64,000 nt of DNA from Candidatus Dormiibacterota bacterium (GTDB lineage: Bacteria; Chloroflexota; Dormibacteria; Aeolococcales; Aeolococcaceae): assembly GCA_963709585.1 (NCBI GenBank), contig CAVPXI010000016.1, positions 64,001-128,000 on the forward strand, written 5' to 3'. Under the pieces are notes generated by a model. The model was not told the DNA's origin. It did no database searches and saw only the letters and a list, made by a program, of their open reading frames with translations. The position numbers were made by a program, and so were the translations under genes. Below are positions 1 to 10,133 of the stretch, in pieces (position 1 is the first letter of the stretch; every line of letters starts with the position of its first letter).

Positions 1-305
1 AGCTGTTCGTTTCGGCGCGAGCGGCCGACGTGATCCATGTGAAAACACCCGACCTGGGGGGCGTCAACAACGCAATCGAGGCATTGCTTCTCGTCGCCCG
101 GAGTGGGCTGACCGCCTACTGCGGGGGGAGTTGCAATGAAACCGACCGATCCGCGCAGGTCTCGGCGCACATCGCGATGGCCTGCGGAGCTGCCCAGGTG
201 CTGGCCAAGCCGGGAATGGGCGTTGACGAGGGAATGATGATCGTCGGCAACGAGATGGCTCGCGTGGCCGCGCTCGTTGCCGCTCGGGAGCGCGCGCTCT
301 CATGA
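1..305 (+). CDS. mal: Methylaspartate ammonia-lyase, C-terminal part (truncated by window edge)
   Basis: IHVKTPDLGG...AYCGGSCNETDRSAQ...QVLAKPGMGVDEG matches the MAL C-terminus. Confidence 0.88.
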   Translation, partial: LFVSARAADVIHVKTPDLGGVNNAIEALLLVARSGLTAYCGGSCNETDRSAQVSAHIAMACGAAQVLAKPGMGVDEGMMIVGNEMARVAALVAARERALS

Positions 306-1519
306 AGCCACTCGCCGATGTCCGCATCATCGCCATCGAGCAGTACGCAGCGGGACCTTTTGGAAGCGTGCAGCTTGCGGACCTCGGCGCCGATGTCATC
401 AAGATCGAGGATCCGGCGACCGGTGGAGACATCGGGCGCTACGTCCCTCCATTGCAAGAGGGAGAGGACAGCCTCTTTTTCGAGACGTTCAACCGGAACA
501 AGCGAAGCCTCGGTCTGGATCTCAAGACACAGGGCGGCCGCTCGGTGTTCGAAGACCTGGTGCGCGTCAGTGACGTCGTGTACTCGAACCTTCGCGGTGA
601 CGTGCCCCACACCCTGCGGATCAACTACGACGACCTCAAGCACCTCAACCCGGTGATCGTGTGCTGCGCATTGACCGGATTCGGCATGACTGGACCGCGC
701 AGGAACGAGCCCGGATATGACTACTTCCTGCAGGGGCTTGCCGGTTGGATGGACCTCACAGGAGAGCCGTCGGGTCCGCCCGCAAAGTCAGGGCTCTCGC
801 TGGTCGATTACTCCACGGGGCTGGTTGCCGCAGTCGCGGTGCTGGCCGGTGTTCACGCGGCCCGCCGCGACGGGGTGGGAATGGACTGCGACGTCAGCCT
901 TTTCGATACCGCGCTCGCCATGCTGACGTACCCGGCGATCTGGAATCTCAACGGCGACTTCACACCCGCGCGCACGCATCACTCGGCGCATCCATCGCTG
1001 GTTCCCTTCCAGGCCTTCCAGACGCGCGATGGGTGGATCGTGGTGGGATGTGCGAAGGAGAAGTTCTGGGTGCGTCTGGCCGTCGCCATCGATCGACCCG
1101 AGCTTGCGTCCGACGCCCGGTTCGCAACCTTCGCCGATCGCCTTCGCAACGCCGAGGAGTTGCTTCCGATGCTCGAAATCGTGTTCGCATCACGCACAGC
1201 AGGGGAGTGGCTCGACATCCTCGGTCGAGCCGGGGTCCCGTGCAGCCCCGTCAACACCGTGGCCGAAGCCTTGCGGGACGAGCAGACCACCGACCGGGGC
1301 ATGATCGTCGAAACCGAACATCCCCGCTTCGGTACGGTCCGTCAGCTGCGCAGTCCGGTTCGGGTGGGTGCTGTCCAACCCGAATACGTGCGCGCGCCAC
1401 GGCGTGATGAGCATCGGGACGAGGTGCTTCGCGAACTCCTGGGCTACGACGCAACCCGCATCGCCGAGCTCTCCGCCGGCGCAGCGTTTGGGCAGCCCGG
1501 GCCAAAAACGCCGGGGTGA
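302..1519 (+). CDS. CaiB/BaiF family III CoA-transferase (possibly mesaconate CoA-transferase given the mal context)
   Basis: LADLGADVIKIE, NRNKRSLGLDLK and GYD motifs; ATGA overlap with mal. Confidence 0.88.
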   Translation: MKPLADVRIIAIEQYAAGPFGSVQLADLGADVIKIEDPATGGDIGRYVPPLQEGEDSLFFETFNRNKRSLGLDLKTQGGRSVFEDLVRVSDVVYSNLRGDVPHTLRINYDDLKHLNPVIVCCALTGFGMTGPRRNEPGYDYFLQGLAGWMDLTGEPSGPPAKSGLSLVDYSTGLVAAVAVLAGVHAARRDGVGMDCDVSLFDTALAMLTYPAIWNLNGDFTPARTHHSAHPSLVPFQAFQTRDGWIVVGCAKEKFWVRLAVAIDRPELASDARFATFADRLRNAEELLPMLEIVFASRTAGEWLDILGRAGVPCSPVNTVAEALRDEQTTDRGMIVETEHPRFGTVRQLRSPVRVGAVQPEYVRAPRRDEHRDEVLRELLGYDATRIAELSAGAAFGQPGPKTPG

Positions 1520-1541
1520 TTCGGCTGTAGGATCTGTCGCC

Positions 1542-4373
1542 GTGACCAGCGAAAGTAGCCGGATGGATGGAACGTTCGTCGGCAGACGCAACGAGCTGGC
1601 CAGCCTGCTGGCGCAGGCCGCGCAGGCGCGCGACGGCCATCCACGCGTCGTCCTGGTCACCGGCGAGCCGGGGATCGGGAAGACGGCGCTGGCGCATCGT
1701 TTTGTAAGCCAGGCGCACGGGTTCCAGCTCTTGGAGGCGAGTGGAGAGGAGGCCGAGCAGTTGCTCGCCTTCGGGGTGATCGAACAGCTTGTGCGGGCGG
1801 CCCATTCCTCGGGTGGTCCCGCGCTCGCGGACCTGAGCGACCGAGACGGCGAGGCACGAGACCCCATCTGGGTGGGAGCTGGCCTCCTTGAGCTTCTCGG
1901 CACCATGCAGGCGTCCGGCCCGGTCCTTCTGCTCATCGACGACGCCCAGTGGGCGGATCGCCCTTCGTTGCAGGCGCTCGTGTTCGCCCTCCGGCGATTG
2001 CAGGCCGACCGCGTGCTCACTCTCATGGTGTCGCGGAGTGGGTCTCCGAGGGGGCACCTTGCCGGCGTTCACCGCCTCGTCGAGCACGGCCACGGTGCGT
2101 GGGTGCGCGTCCGCGGCCTGGAGGCGTCCTCGATCCGCGACCTCGGGGTCTCCATGGGGGTCGATCACCTCTCGTCGCGGGCCGCCGACCGGATTCGAGC
2201 TCATACCGGCGGCAGTCCGCTGCACGCGACGGCGATCTTCGACGAGATCATCCCCGCGATCCTTCGGGAGCCATCCGACCTGCCGCTGCCTTCGACCGCC
2301 GACTTCGGCGCGCTGGTCCGCTCGCGGCTCGACGGGTGTACTGCCGAAGCCCGGCGGCTGGTGGGTGCGGCGTCGGTGCTCGGGCTCTCCTGCCGGCTCG
2401 CGATCGCGGGCCGGCTCGCCGAGCTCGATGAGCTGCTCGTCCCGCTCGAGCGGGCGATGTCGGCACATCTTCTTGAAGAGCGCGGCTCGCCCATTGATCG
2501 GCTGATCGCCTTCCCCCATCCGCTCGTACAGGCGGCGGCATATCACGCCCTGGGGCCGGCGCATCGCTCCGAACTCCACGAGCGCGCGGCCATCCTCGTC
2601 ACCGACGAGGCGACTGCTCTTCGGCATCGGGTTGCGGGCGCTCGCGGAGCGGATCCCCAACTCGCTGCAGATCTCATCATCTTCGGAATCGACGTCGCGC
2701 GTCGCGGCTCGTGGGATGCGGCTGCCGACGCGCTGCTGTCGGCGAGCCGTCTCACCCCCGACGGGCCCGAGCGCGACCAGCGGGCGCTGATGGCGGCGGA
2801 GTACATGCTGCTCGGCGGCGCAGTCGATGATGTGCTCGCGCTTGTCGGTGAGATCGAGGGTCAAGCTCCAACCGCGCGCCGCGGATTCGTGCTCGGCAGC
2901 CTGGCGATGACCAGTGGTCGATACGACAAAGCCCAGGACCTGCTCGCCGGCGCCTATGACGGTTGCGACCCGGTGCGTGACCACCCGCTGGCCGAGGAGA
3001 TCGCGGCCCAGCTCGCCCGGGTGCACATGGGACGCGGCCACGGCGCCGATGCAGCGCTCTGGGCGACGAGGTCGCTCGACGCCCGCCTGGCGCCGTCACC
3101 GGTCGCCGATTCGCTGTCGGTGCTCGCGATCGGTCTGCTCTTCGCCGGCCGCGCGCCCGAGGCGGCAGCGGCGGTGGCCGAACTACCCGAGGCGAGGCTT
3201 CTCGGCGACGACGCGTCGCTCGACGGATTTATCGGTCGCGGCTACGTACGCTGCGTCACCGACGACCCCGCTGCGGCTCTACAGGACCTCGCGCCGGTGG
3301 CCGAGCGGCTACGTCGCCGTGGACCGGCGCACCAGACGATCGAGGCTCTCAGCATGCTCGCGACCGCCGAGTATCGAATCGGCGACTGGGACGACGCCTC
3401 GGTGCACGGGCAGCTGGCGGCATCGCTCGCCGAGGATGCCGACCAGACGTGGTTGCTGGCCGGGGCTCACGCGGCCGCATGCGCGCCCCTGGCAGGGCGC
3501 GGCCACTGGGAGGCGGCGACGGCCCACGCGGATGCGGCACGGCGCGCCGCCGAGCTCGTGGGCGCCGAGTTCGGGATCGCCCAGGCGGCGATGGCGGCTG
3601 CGTGCATCGCCCGGGCTCGAGGTGACCACGAGTCGGTGATCCACTCGCTCGAGCCGCTGCTCCCACTCGCCGATCTTGGCGGGATCGGTGAGCCCGGCGT
3701 TCTCGACTGGCCCATCCTCTACGCCGAGGCACTGGTGGGCCTGAGCCGGCTTCGTGACGCCGAAACCGTGGTGTCCCGTCTCTCACGGCTCGCCCGTGAG
3801 CGCAACCGCGCGCAGTCGATGGCGGGCGCTGACCGGCTTCGAGCGATGCTCGACGCGGCACTGGGCAGAGCCGACGATGCCGAGGTCTCCTTCGTGGCCA
3901 GCCTGGCCATCCTCGACGACGTCCAGCTCCCGTTCGAGCGAGCACTCACGGAGCTCGAATACGGGCGGTTCCTCATGCGCGAGGGGTTCAACCGCGCGGC
4001 GGTGTGGCAGCTCGATGCCGCACGGGAACGCTTCAGCGACCTCGATGCCCGACCCTTCGTCACTGAATGCGTAGCCGCGCTGGTGCGGTGCGGGATGGCG
4101 CCCTCCACCGAGGGGGGGCACGCCCGCTGGCGCTTGACCCCGCAGGAGGTGTCGGTCGCCCGCCTCGTGGCCACCGGCAGGACCAACCGTCAGGTGGCTG
4201 ACGAGCTGGTGGTCAGCATCAAGACGGTCGAATATCACCTGGCCAACGTGTACGGGAAGCTGCGGATCCGCTCGCGGCAGGAGCTCGTGCCGATCTTCGG
4301 CCCGGTCGACATCGGCCGGCAGCCCCGGATGGCATCCGGCCTGGCCAAGGGTTCCTTCGCCCTAAAAGACTAG
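1542..4373 (+). CDS. Large ATP-binding LuxR-family (LAL) transcriptional regulator
   Basis: FVGRRNEL, Walker A GEPGIGKT, LLIDDAQWAD, C-terminal LuxR HTH (LTPQE...TVEYHLANVYGKL); start GTG 1542 or ATG 1563. Confidence 0.9.
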   Translation: MTSESSRMDGTFVGRRNELASLLAQAAQARDGHPRVVLVTGEPGIGKTALAHRFVSQAHGFQLLEASGEEAEQLLAFGVIEQLVRAAHSSGGPALADLSDRDGEARDPIWVGAGLLELLGTMQASGPVLLLIDDAQWADRPSLQALVFALRRLQADRVLTLMVSRSGSPRGHLAGVHRLVEHGHGAWVRVRGLEASSIRDLGVSMGVDHLSSRAADRIRAHTGGSPLHATAIFDEIIPAILREPSDLPLPSTADFGALVRSRLDGCTAEARRLVGAASVLGLSCRLAIAGRLAELDELLVPLERAMSAHLLEERGSPIDRLIAFPHPLVQAAAYHALGPAHRSELHERAAILVTDEATALRHRVAGARGADPQLAADLIIFGIDVARRGSWDAAADALLSASRLTPDGPERDQRALMAAEYMLLGGAVDDVLALVGEIEGQAPTARRGFVLGSLAMTSGRYDKAQDLLAGAYDGCDPVRDHPLAEEIAAQLARVHMGRGHGADAALWATRSLDARLAPSPVADSLSVLAIGLLFAGRAPEAAAAVAELPEARLLGDDASLDGFIGRGYVRCVTDDPAAALQDLAPVAERLRRRGPAHQTIEALSMLATAEYRIGDWDDASVHGQLAASLAEDADQTWLLAGAHAAACAPLAGRGHWEAATAHADAARRAAELVGAEFGIAQAAMAAACIARARGDHESVIHSLEPLLPLADLGGIGEPGVLDWPILYAEALVGLSRLRDAETVVSRLSRLARERNRAQSMAGADRLRAMLDAALGRADDAEVSFVASLAILDDVQLPFERALTELEYGRFLMREGFNRAAVWQLDAARERFSDLDARPFVTECVAALVRCGMAPSTEGGHARWRLTPQEVSVARLVATGRTNRQVADELVVSIKTVEYHLANVYGKLRIRSRQELVPIFGPVDIGRQPRMASGLAKGSFALKD

Positions 4374-4386
4374 GGTCCAACCCTGG
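4370..4386. promoter_or_regulatory. Imperfect palindrome CTAGGG-N5-CCCTGG, possible LuxR-type operator upstream of padR/hhy
   Basis: Inverted repeat at the LAL stop codon, just before an AT-richer intergenic region. Confidence 0.3.
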
Positions 4387-4444
4387 GGTAAATCGGGTGC
4401 ACGCCTCGTAGAGTTAAGCGAACTGGCCAGTTAGAGGTAAGCAT

Positions 4445-4927
4445 GTGAGCGGGGACATCAAGCCCGATCGGCCGGCTGCGTTGACCGTCGGCTTGCTGCG
4501 GCCCTGCATCCTCGCCCACCTCGTCGGTGGCCAGACCGTATACGGGTACGAGCTGCATCACTGGCTGCTGGGCATCGGCGTGGAATGCGACCTGGGGACG
4601 GTGTACCGATCGCTCAACACGATGGAAGCGGAAGGGCTGCTGCACTCGTCCTGGGAGCGAACCGCGGGCGGGCGCAGCCGCAGGCGCTACGAATTGAGCG
4701 AGCCCGGTCTCGACATGGTCGACGCATACGTGGCCCCGGTAGAACAGCTGAAAGCGGTTGCTCAGGAGTTCCTCGAGATGCGCAGGGGTGGTGCCGGCTC
4801 ACCCGGCAGCGGCGAGTCTCATGACGGCGATTCCATGGAGCCGGCGCAGCCACGTGTTCGCCGGCCACATGCCTTGACCCCGACGAACCGCATCGCCCCG
4901 TTGTCAATGTCCGCGCCACGCGGATAA
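4445..4927 (+). CDS. PadR-family winged-helix transcriptional regulator
   Basis: LLRPCILAHL...YGYEL...GTVYRSLNTMEAEGLL...RRRYELSEPG. Confidence 0.85.
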   Translation: MSGDIKPDRPAALTVGLLRPCILAHLVGGQTVYGYELHHWLLGIGVECDLGTVYRSLNTMEAEGLLHSSWERTAGGRSRRRYELSEPGLDMVDAYVAPVEQLKAVAQEFLEMRRGGAGSPGSGESHDGDSMEPAQPRVRRPHALTPTNRIAPLSMSAPRG

Positions 4928-5050
4928 GTGCGCAACACACGGATTGACGCAGCCAGGACAGGTGGCCACAGTCCCATATCGAGGCGGACCTGGCGGGGTT
5001 TGATCCGTCGGTAGGTGCCGCTGCCAATCGCTCACATAGGAGGAGGTTGG

Positions 5051-6115
5051 ATGGCCACGGATACCGTGCCGTATGGGCGCAAGACCCAGCGGGAGTCACC
5101 CGTCTCCGATCTCCACATCGTCTGGGTCACCGCCGGCCTCGGTTGCGACGGCGATTCGGTGTCGATCACGGCCGCAACGCAGCCCAGCATCGAGGATGTG
5201 CTGCTCGGCGCGATCCCGGGACTTCCCAAAGTCCACCTCTACAACCCCGTCCTCGCCTACGAGAATGGTGAAGAGTTCATCAAGTCCTGGCACGCGGCTG
5301 CAAACGGACAGCTCGACCCGTTCGTGCTCGTCATCGAGGGCTCGATTCCCAACGAGACGATCAAGAAGGAAGGCTACTGGGCCGCAGTGGGAACAGACGC
5401 CGCGACCGGACAGCCCATCACCACATGTGAGTGGATTGATCGTCTCGCTCCGAAGGCACTGGCAGTGGTTGCATGCGGCACGTGCGCGACCTACGGCGGC
5501 ATCCATGCGATGCAGGGCAACCCGACCGGCGCCATGGGCCTTGCCGACTACCTCGGCTGGGACTGGAAGTCCAAAGCGGGCTTGCCCATCGTCAACGTCC
5601 CCGGGTGTCCGGTGCAACCGGACAACTTCATGGAGACGGTGCTGTACCTCCTCTATATGGTTGCGGGGCTCGCGCCGATCATCCCGCTCGACGATCAGCT
5701 CCGCCCGACGTGGCTGTTCGGCGACACGGTCCACGACGGCTGCGACCGCGCAGCCTCATACGAGCAGGGCGATTTCGCCGCCGATTACAACTCGCCGCGC
5801 TGCCTGGTGAAGCTTGGATGCTGGGGACCGGTCGTCAACTGCAACGTGCCCAAACGTGGATGGATGGCCGGTATCGGTGGCTGTCCGAACGTCGGCGGCA
5901 TCTGCATCGGCTGCACCATGCCGGGATTCCCCGACAAGTTCATGCCCTTCATGGATGAGCCGCCTGGGGCGCATCTGTCGACAGGTGTGATCGGCGTCTA
6001 CGGCACCGCCATCCGCGCGCTGCGGAAGGTCACCAACACGACTGTCAACAAGGAGCCCAGATGGCGTCACACGCGGCCCGAGCTCACCACCGGCTACAGG
6101 CCGACCACGTACTGA
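5051..6115 (+). CDS. hhyS: Group 1h [NiFe]-hydrogenase small subunit
   Basis: AGGAGG RBS; GLGCDGD (Asp-ligated proximal cluster), GTCATYGG, PGCP, HDGCDR, CLVKLGCWGP, CIGCTMPGFPD; no Tat signal. Confidence 0.95.
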   Translation: MATDTVPYGRKTQRESPVSDLHIVWVTAGLGCDGDSVSITAATQPSIEDVLLGAIPGLPKVHLYNPVLAYENGEEFIKSWHAAANGQLDPFVLVIEGSIPNETIKKEGYWAAVGTDAATGQPITTCEWIDRLAPKALAVVACGTCATYGGIHAMQGNPTGAMGLADYLGWDWKSKAGLPIVNVPGCPVQPDNFMETVLYLLYMVAGLAPIIPLDDQLRPTWLFGDTVHDGCDRAASYEQGDFAADYNSPRCLVKLGCWGPVVNCNVPKRGWMAGIGGCPNVGGICIGCTMPGFPDKFMPFMDEPPGAHLSTGVIGVYGTAIRALRKVTNTTVNKEPRWRHTRPELTTGYRPTTY

Positions 6116-6128
6116 GGAGAACTGAGCC

Positions 6129-7916
6129 ATGACAGTGGTTGAGAAGGACGCCACCAGGACCAAGGACCCGGTCCTCGTCGACGTTGCCTGGGACCCGATC
6201 ACCAGGATCGTCGGCAGCCTCGGCATCTTCACCAAGATCGACTTCGCCAATCGTGTGGTGGCCGACTGCCGGAGCACGTCGTCGATCTTCCGCGGCTACA
6301 GCATCTTCATGAAGGGCAAGGACCCGCGGGACGCGCACTTCATCACCAGCCGCATCTGCGGCATCTGCGGCGACAACCATGCGACCTGTGCCACCTACGC
6401 GCAGAACATGGCCTTTGGCATCAGGCCGCCGGCCATGGCGGAGTGGATCGTCAATCTCGGTGAAGCCGCCGAGTACATGTTCGACCACAACATCTTCCAG
6501 GACAACCTGCTGATGGTCGACTTCTGCGAGCAGATGGTCAAGGAGACCAACCCGTCGGTTCTTGCCAAGGCGGAGAACACGCCGGCGCCGCATGCAACAG
6601 AGCATGGCTACCGGACGATCGCCGAGATCATGCGGGCGTTGAACCCCTTCACCGGGGAGTTCTACCGCGAGACGCTCCACGTCAGCCGCTACACGCGCGA
6701 GATGTTCTGCCTGATGGAGGGGCGTCACGTCCATCCATCGACGCTGTATCCGGGCGGTGTCGGCACGGTGCCCACGGTCCAGCTCTTCTCGGATTACCTC
6801 GTCCGGCTGATGCGGTACGTCGAGTTCATGAAAAAGGTCGTGCCCCTCCACGACGACATCTTCGACTTCTTCTACGAGGCGCTACCCGGCTACGAGGAGG
6901 TCGGCCGCCGGCGCATGGACACGGTGTGCTGGGGGTCCTTCAACGATCCTGACGAATGCGACTACACATACCGGCACATGACCAACTGGGGCCGTTCGAT
7001 GTTCGTCACCCCGGGAGTGGTTGTCGACGGCAAGCTGGTGACCACCGATCTCGTCGAGATCAACCGCAACATCCGGATCCTGCTCGGGCACTCGTATTAC
7101 GAGGACTGGGCGGACGATGGTGAGGTCTTCGTCGAGAAGGACCCGCTGGGTCACCCGATCGACAAGCGTCATCCATGGAACCAGACGACGATTCCGAAGC
7201 CGGGGAAGCGCGACTTCGACAAGAACTACAGCTGGGTGATGTGTCCCAGGTATCTGCACGAGGGCGAGCACCTCGCGATGGACACCGGGGGCGGCGCCTT
7301 CGCCCGTCTGCTTGCGACGTCGCTCGCGGGTATCGTCGATGTCGGTTACATCAAGGCGACGGGCACCAGCACCAAGATCTACCTGCCGAAGACGGCTTCC
7401 AAGCCCGAGGTGGAGTTCGAGTGGCACGTTCCGAAGTGGAGCAACGCCATCGAACGCGACCGGGCTCGCACCTACTTCCAGGCCTACGCGGCGGCAGCGG
7501 CGCTGCACTTCCTGGACAAGGCATTCGCCGAGCTGAATGCGGGACGCACCGATACGTTCACTCCCTTCACCGTGCCTGACGAGGCGATCGGCTGCGGCTT
7601 CCATGAGGCGGTCCGGGGCGTGCTCTCCCACCACGTCGTGATCCGTGACGGGAAGATCGCCAACTACCACCCGTACCCACCAACGCCGTGGAACGCGACC
7701 CCGCGCGACATGTACGGCACCCCGGGACCCTACGAAGACTCAGTGCAGAACACCCCGATCTTCGAGGAGAACGGACCGGACAACTTCAAGGGCATCGACA
7801 TCATGCGTGCGGTGCGGAGCTTCGATCCCTGCCTGCCGTGCGGTGTGCACATGTATCTCGGCAACGGCAAGGTGCTGGAGACTCGGCACTCGCCGAACTT
7901 CGGCCCGCAACCATGA
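6129..7916 (+). CDS. hhyL: Group 1h [NiFe]-hydrogenase large subunit
   Basis: L1 motif TSRICGICGDNH and L2 motif RSFDPCLPCGVH typical of group 1h. Confidence 0.96.
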   Translation: MTVVEKDATRTKDPVLVDVAWDPITRIVGSLGIFTKIDFANRVVADCRSTSSIFRGYSIFMKGKDPRDAHFITSRICGICGDNHATCATYAQNMAFGIRPPAMAEWIVNLGEAAEYMFDHNIFQDNLLMVDFCEQMVKETNPSVLAKAENTPAPHATEHGYRTIAEIMRALNPFTGEFYRETLHVSRYTREMFCLMEGRHVHPSTLYPGGVGTVPTVQLFSDYLVRLMRYVEFMKKVVPLHDDIFDFFYEALPGYEEVGRRRMDTVCWGSFNDPDECDYTYRHMTNWGRSMFVTPGVVVDGKLVTTDLVEINRNIRILLGHSYYEDWADDGEVFVEKDPLGHPIDKRHPWNQTTIPKPGKRDFDKNYSWVMCPRYLHEGEHLAMDTGGGAFARLLATSLAGIVDVGYIKATGTSTKIYLPKTASKPEVEFEWHVPKWSNAIERDRARTYFQAYAAAAALHFLDKAFAELNAGRTDTFTPFTVPDEAIGCGFHEAVRGVLSHHVVIRDGKIANYHPYPPTPWNATPRDMYGTPGPYEDSVQNTPIFEENGPDNFKGIDIMRAVRSFDPCLPCGVHMYLGNGKVLETRHSPNFGPQP

Positions 7917-8852
7917 ATGGCAGCGCAAGCTCGTATTCTTGAGGAGCGAGAGCTCCAGAAGCGTCTCGCCCATGTCGACACTCTGGTCGGGGAGCTGCAA
8001 CAGCTCCCCGACCTTGCGTCGCGAGCGCTGGTCGAGGAGTTGCTCTCAACGGTGCTCGACCTCCACGGGGAGGCGCTGTCACGAATGCTCGACGCCCTCG
8101 GGCCGCGCGGCGATCCCGCGGCGGACCGGTTGCTCGAGGGCATGGCAGCCGATGACCTGATCCGCGGCGTGCTTCTGCTCCACGGGCTGCACCCGATGGA
8201 TCTGCGCAGCCGTGTTGAGGGGGCGCTCGAGTCGGTTCGGCCGTACATGCGATCTCACGGAGGTGGCGTGGAATTGGTCGGTGTCGCCGGAGACACCGTG
8301 CGCATCCGTCTGGAGGGTCACTGCCAGGGATGTCCCTCATCGATGGTCACGCTCAAGCTGGCTGTCGAGAAGGCGATCTACGAGGCGGCGCCCGACGTCG
8401 CCGCAATCGAGGTCCTCGATCCTCCGGATGCCTCTGTGTCCGGTCCGCCGGCGATCGTCGGTCTGGTGTCGCTTCCGGTCTTCAGTTCGTCCGGTCCGCG
8501 TCCGGCCCCCCGTCCGAGCGTCTCGCCGTCGGGAGAGTGGGTCACGCTCGCGGCGCGCGCCGCTCACATCGACAACGGCAGCGTCCTGAAGACCCGGGCG
8601 GACAACGACGCGGTGTTGATCGCTCGAGCCGGCGACGTGTTCTATGCCTACGTCGCCACGTGTCCCGCCTGTGAGGGCGGGATGGAGGCTGCCGCACTGG
8701 ACGGAGCCCAACTGGTCTGCGACCTCTGCGGCGCCCGTTACGACATCCGCCGCGCCGGCGCGGGCATCGAATCGGACCTTCGCATCGAACCGCTTCCGCT
8801 CCTGGAGGAGTCGGGAGTCCTGCGGATCGCGATCCCCGCGCGGCTGGCATGA
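7917..8852 (+). CDS. NifU-C domain plus Rieske-like protein (HhyE-like hydrogenase accessory Fe-S protein)
   Basis: RVEGALESVRPYMRSHGGGVE...GHCQGCPSS NifU motif; C-terminal CPAC...CDLC. Confidence 0.85.
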   Translation: MAAQARILEERELQKRLAHVDTLVGELQQLPDLASRALVEELLSTVLDLHGEALSRMLDALGPRGDPAADRLLEGMAADDLIRGVLLLHGLHPMDLRSRVEGALESVRPYMRSHGGGVELVGVAGDTVRIRLEGHCQGCPSSMVTLKLAVEKAIYEAAPDVAAIEVLDPPDASVSGPPAIVGLVSLPVFSSSGPRPAPRPSVSPSGEWVTLAARAAHIDNGSVLKTRADNDAVLIARAGDVFYAYVATCPACEGGMEAAALDGAQLVCDLCGARYDIRRAGAGIESDLRIEPLPLLEESGVLRIAIPARLA

Positions 8853-9478
8853 GTACCTCCGCGCGTCTTACGGGACTGAGAGGACTGATCCGCGAGCGTG
8901 TGCCCGCGGAACGGTGCGAGCTGTGCAGCGCCGAGCTGTCGCCGCATCCGCATCACGAGCATCTCTTCGAGCCCTCGTCGCGGCAGATCCACTGCAGCTG
9001 CACGCCCTGCGCCATCCTGTTTCCCTCAGACGCCGAGAAACGCTACCGTCGCGTGCCACGACGCCTTCTGTACCTGGACGACTTCGCGATGAGCGATATG
9101 CAGTGGGAGTTCCTCGCCATCCCGGTGAACATGGCGTTCCTGCACACCAGCGCTGCAGCGGGCGGTGTGCGCGCGTTCTATCCAAGCCCGGCCGGAGCGA
9201 CCGAGTCGATGCTCAGTCTCGAGGGATGGGAGCAGCTGGTGGCGGACAACCCGCTCCTGGGGAGGCTGGAACCGGACGTGGAGGCGCTGCTCATCAACCG
9301 TATCGGCGGGGCCCGCGATCACTACATCGCGCCCATCGACCGCTGCTTCGAGCTGGTCGGTCTCATCCGCATCAGCTGGCGCGGGCTCAGCGGTGGGCAG
9401 GAGGTGTGGGATCGCATCGCCAACTTCTTCGCTGAGTTGCGCAGCGCAGCGACTGTCAGGGTTCGCGCGCATGCCTGA
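8849..9478 (+). CDS. Conserved group 1h accessory protein (DUF5947-like)
   Basis: ERCELC...HEHL...CSCTPC, IPVNMAF, FYPSPAGATES, APIDRCFELVG. Confidence 0.8.
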   Translation: MSTSARLTGLRGLIRERVPAERCELCSAELSPHPHHEHLFEPSSRQIHCSCTPCAILFPSDAEKRYRRVPRRLLYLDDFAMSDMQWEFLAIPVNMAFLHTSAAAGGVRAFYPSPAGATESMLSLEGWEQLVADNPLLGRLEPDVEALLINRIGGARDHYIAPIDRCFELVGLIRISWRGLSGGQEVWDRIANFFAELRSAATVRVRAHA

Positions 9479-10133
9479 CCTGGATCTCGAGGTCGTCTCC
9501 GCCGGCGCCGAGCCGGACACGTTGATCCCGATCCTCAACTTCCGGCTGAGGATTCACGAGCGTGAGGGCCACCGCATCGATTCGATCTCCCTGCGGTGCC
9601 AGATCATGGTCCAGGCGACGCGCAGGACCTACGTGCCGGGTGAGCAGGAGGCCCTCCTGGACCTCTTCGGAAAGCCGTCGCGCTGGGGAACGACGTTGAA
9701 GACGATGCTCTGGACGCACGCCAGCACCGACGTCGCAGGGTTCGTGGGCTCGACCGAAACTGTGGTCCCGGTGCCGTGCACGCACGACCTCACGATCACC
9801 GCAGGCAAGTATTTCTTCGCCCTCGAGCAGGGAGAGGTACCGCTGATGTTCCAGTTCAGCGGCACCGTCTTCTGGCGCGACGACGATGGGAGCCTGCAGG
9901 TTGCCCCGATTCCGTGGTCGAAGGAGGCGGCCTACCGGCTCCCCGTGTCCACCTGGCGGGCCTTGATGGAGGAGCACGACCCGGACAGCGCATGGCTCTG
10001 TCTACGGCGCGACACTGTCGATCGCCTCAACCGCTACAAGGCGCACTCCGGGGTGCCGGGATGGGATGAGGCGCTCGCCCGCCTCCTCGCCAGCACCGAC
10101 GACCATGTCCCCATCGGAAGCGCACCGCAATGA
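9471..10133 (+). CDS. Conserved group 1h accessory protein (DUF6084-like)
   Basis: MPDLDLEV...LRCQIMV...DLFGKPSRWGTTL...VPCTHD...FSGTVF...IPWSKEA. Confidence 0.8.
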   Translation: MPDLDLEVVSAGAEPDTLIPILNFRLRIHEREGHRIDSISLRCQIMVQATRRTYVPGEQEALLDLFGKPSRWGTTLKTMLWTHASTDVAGFVGSTETVVPVPCTHDLTITAGKYFFALEQGEVPLMFQFSGTVFWRDDDGSLQVAPIPWSKEAAYRLPVSTWRALMEEHDPDSAWLCLRRDTVDRLNRYKAHSGVPGWDEALARLLASTDDHVPIGSAPQ

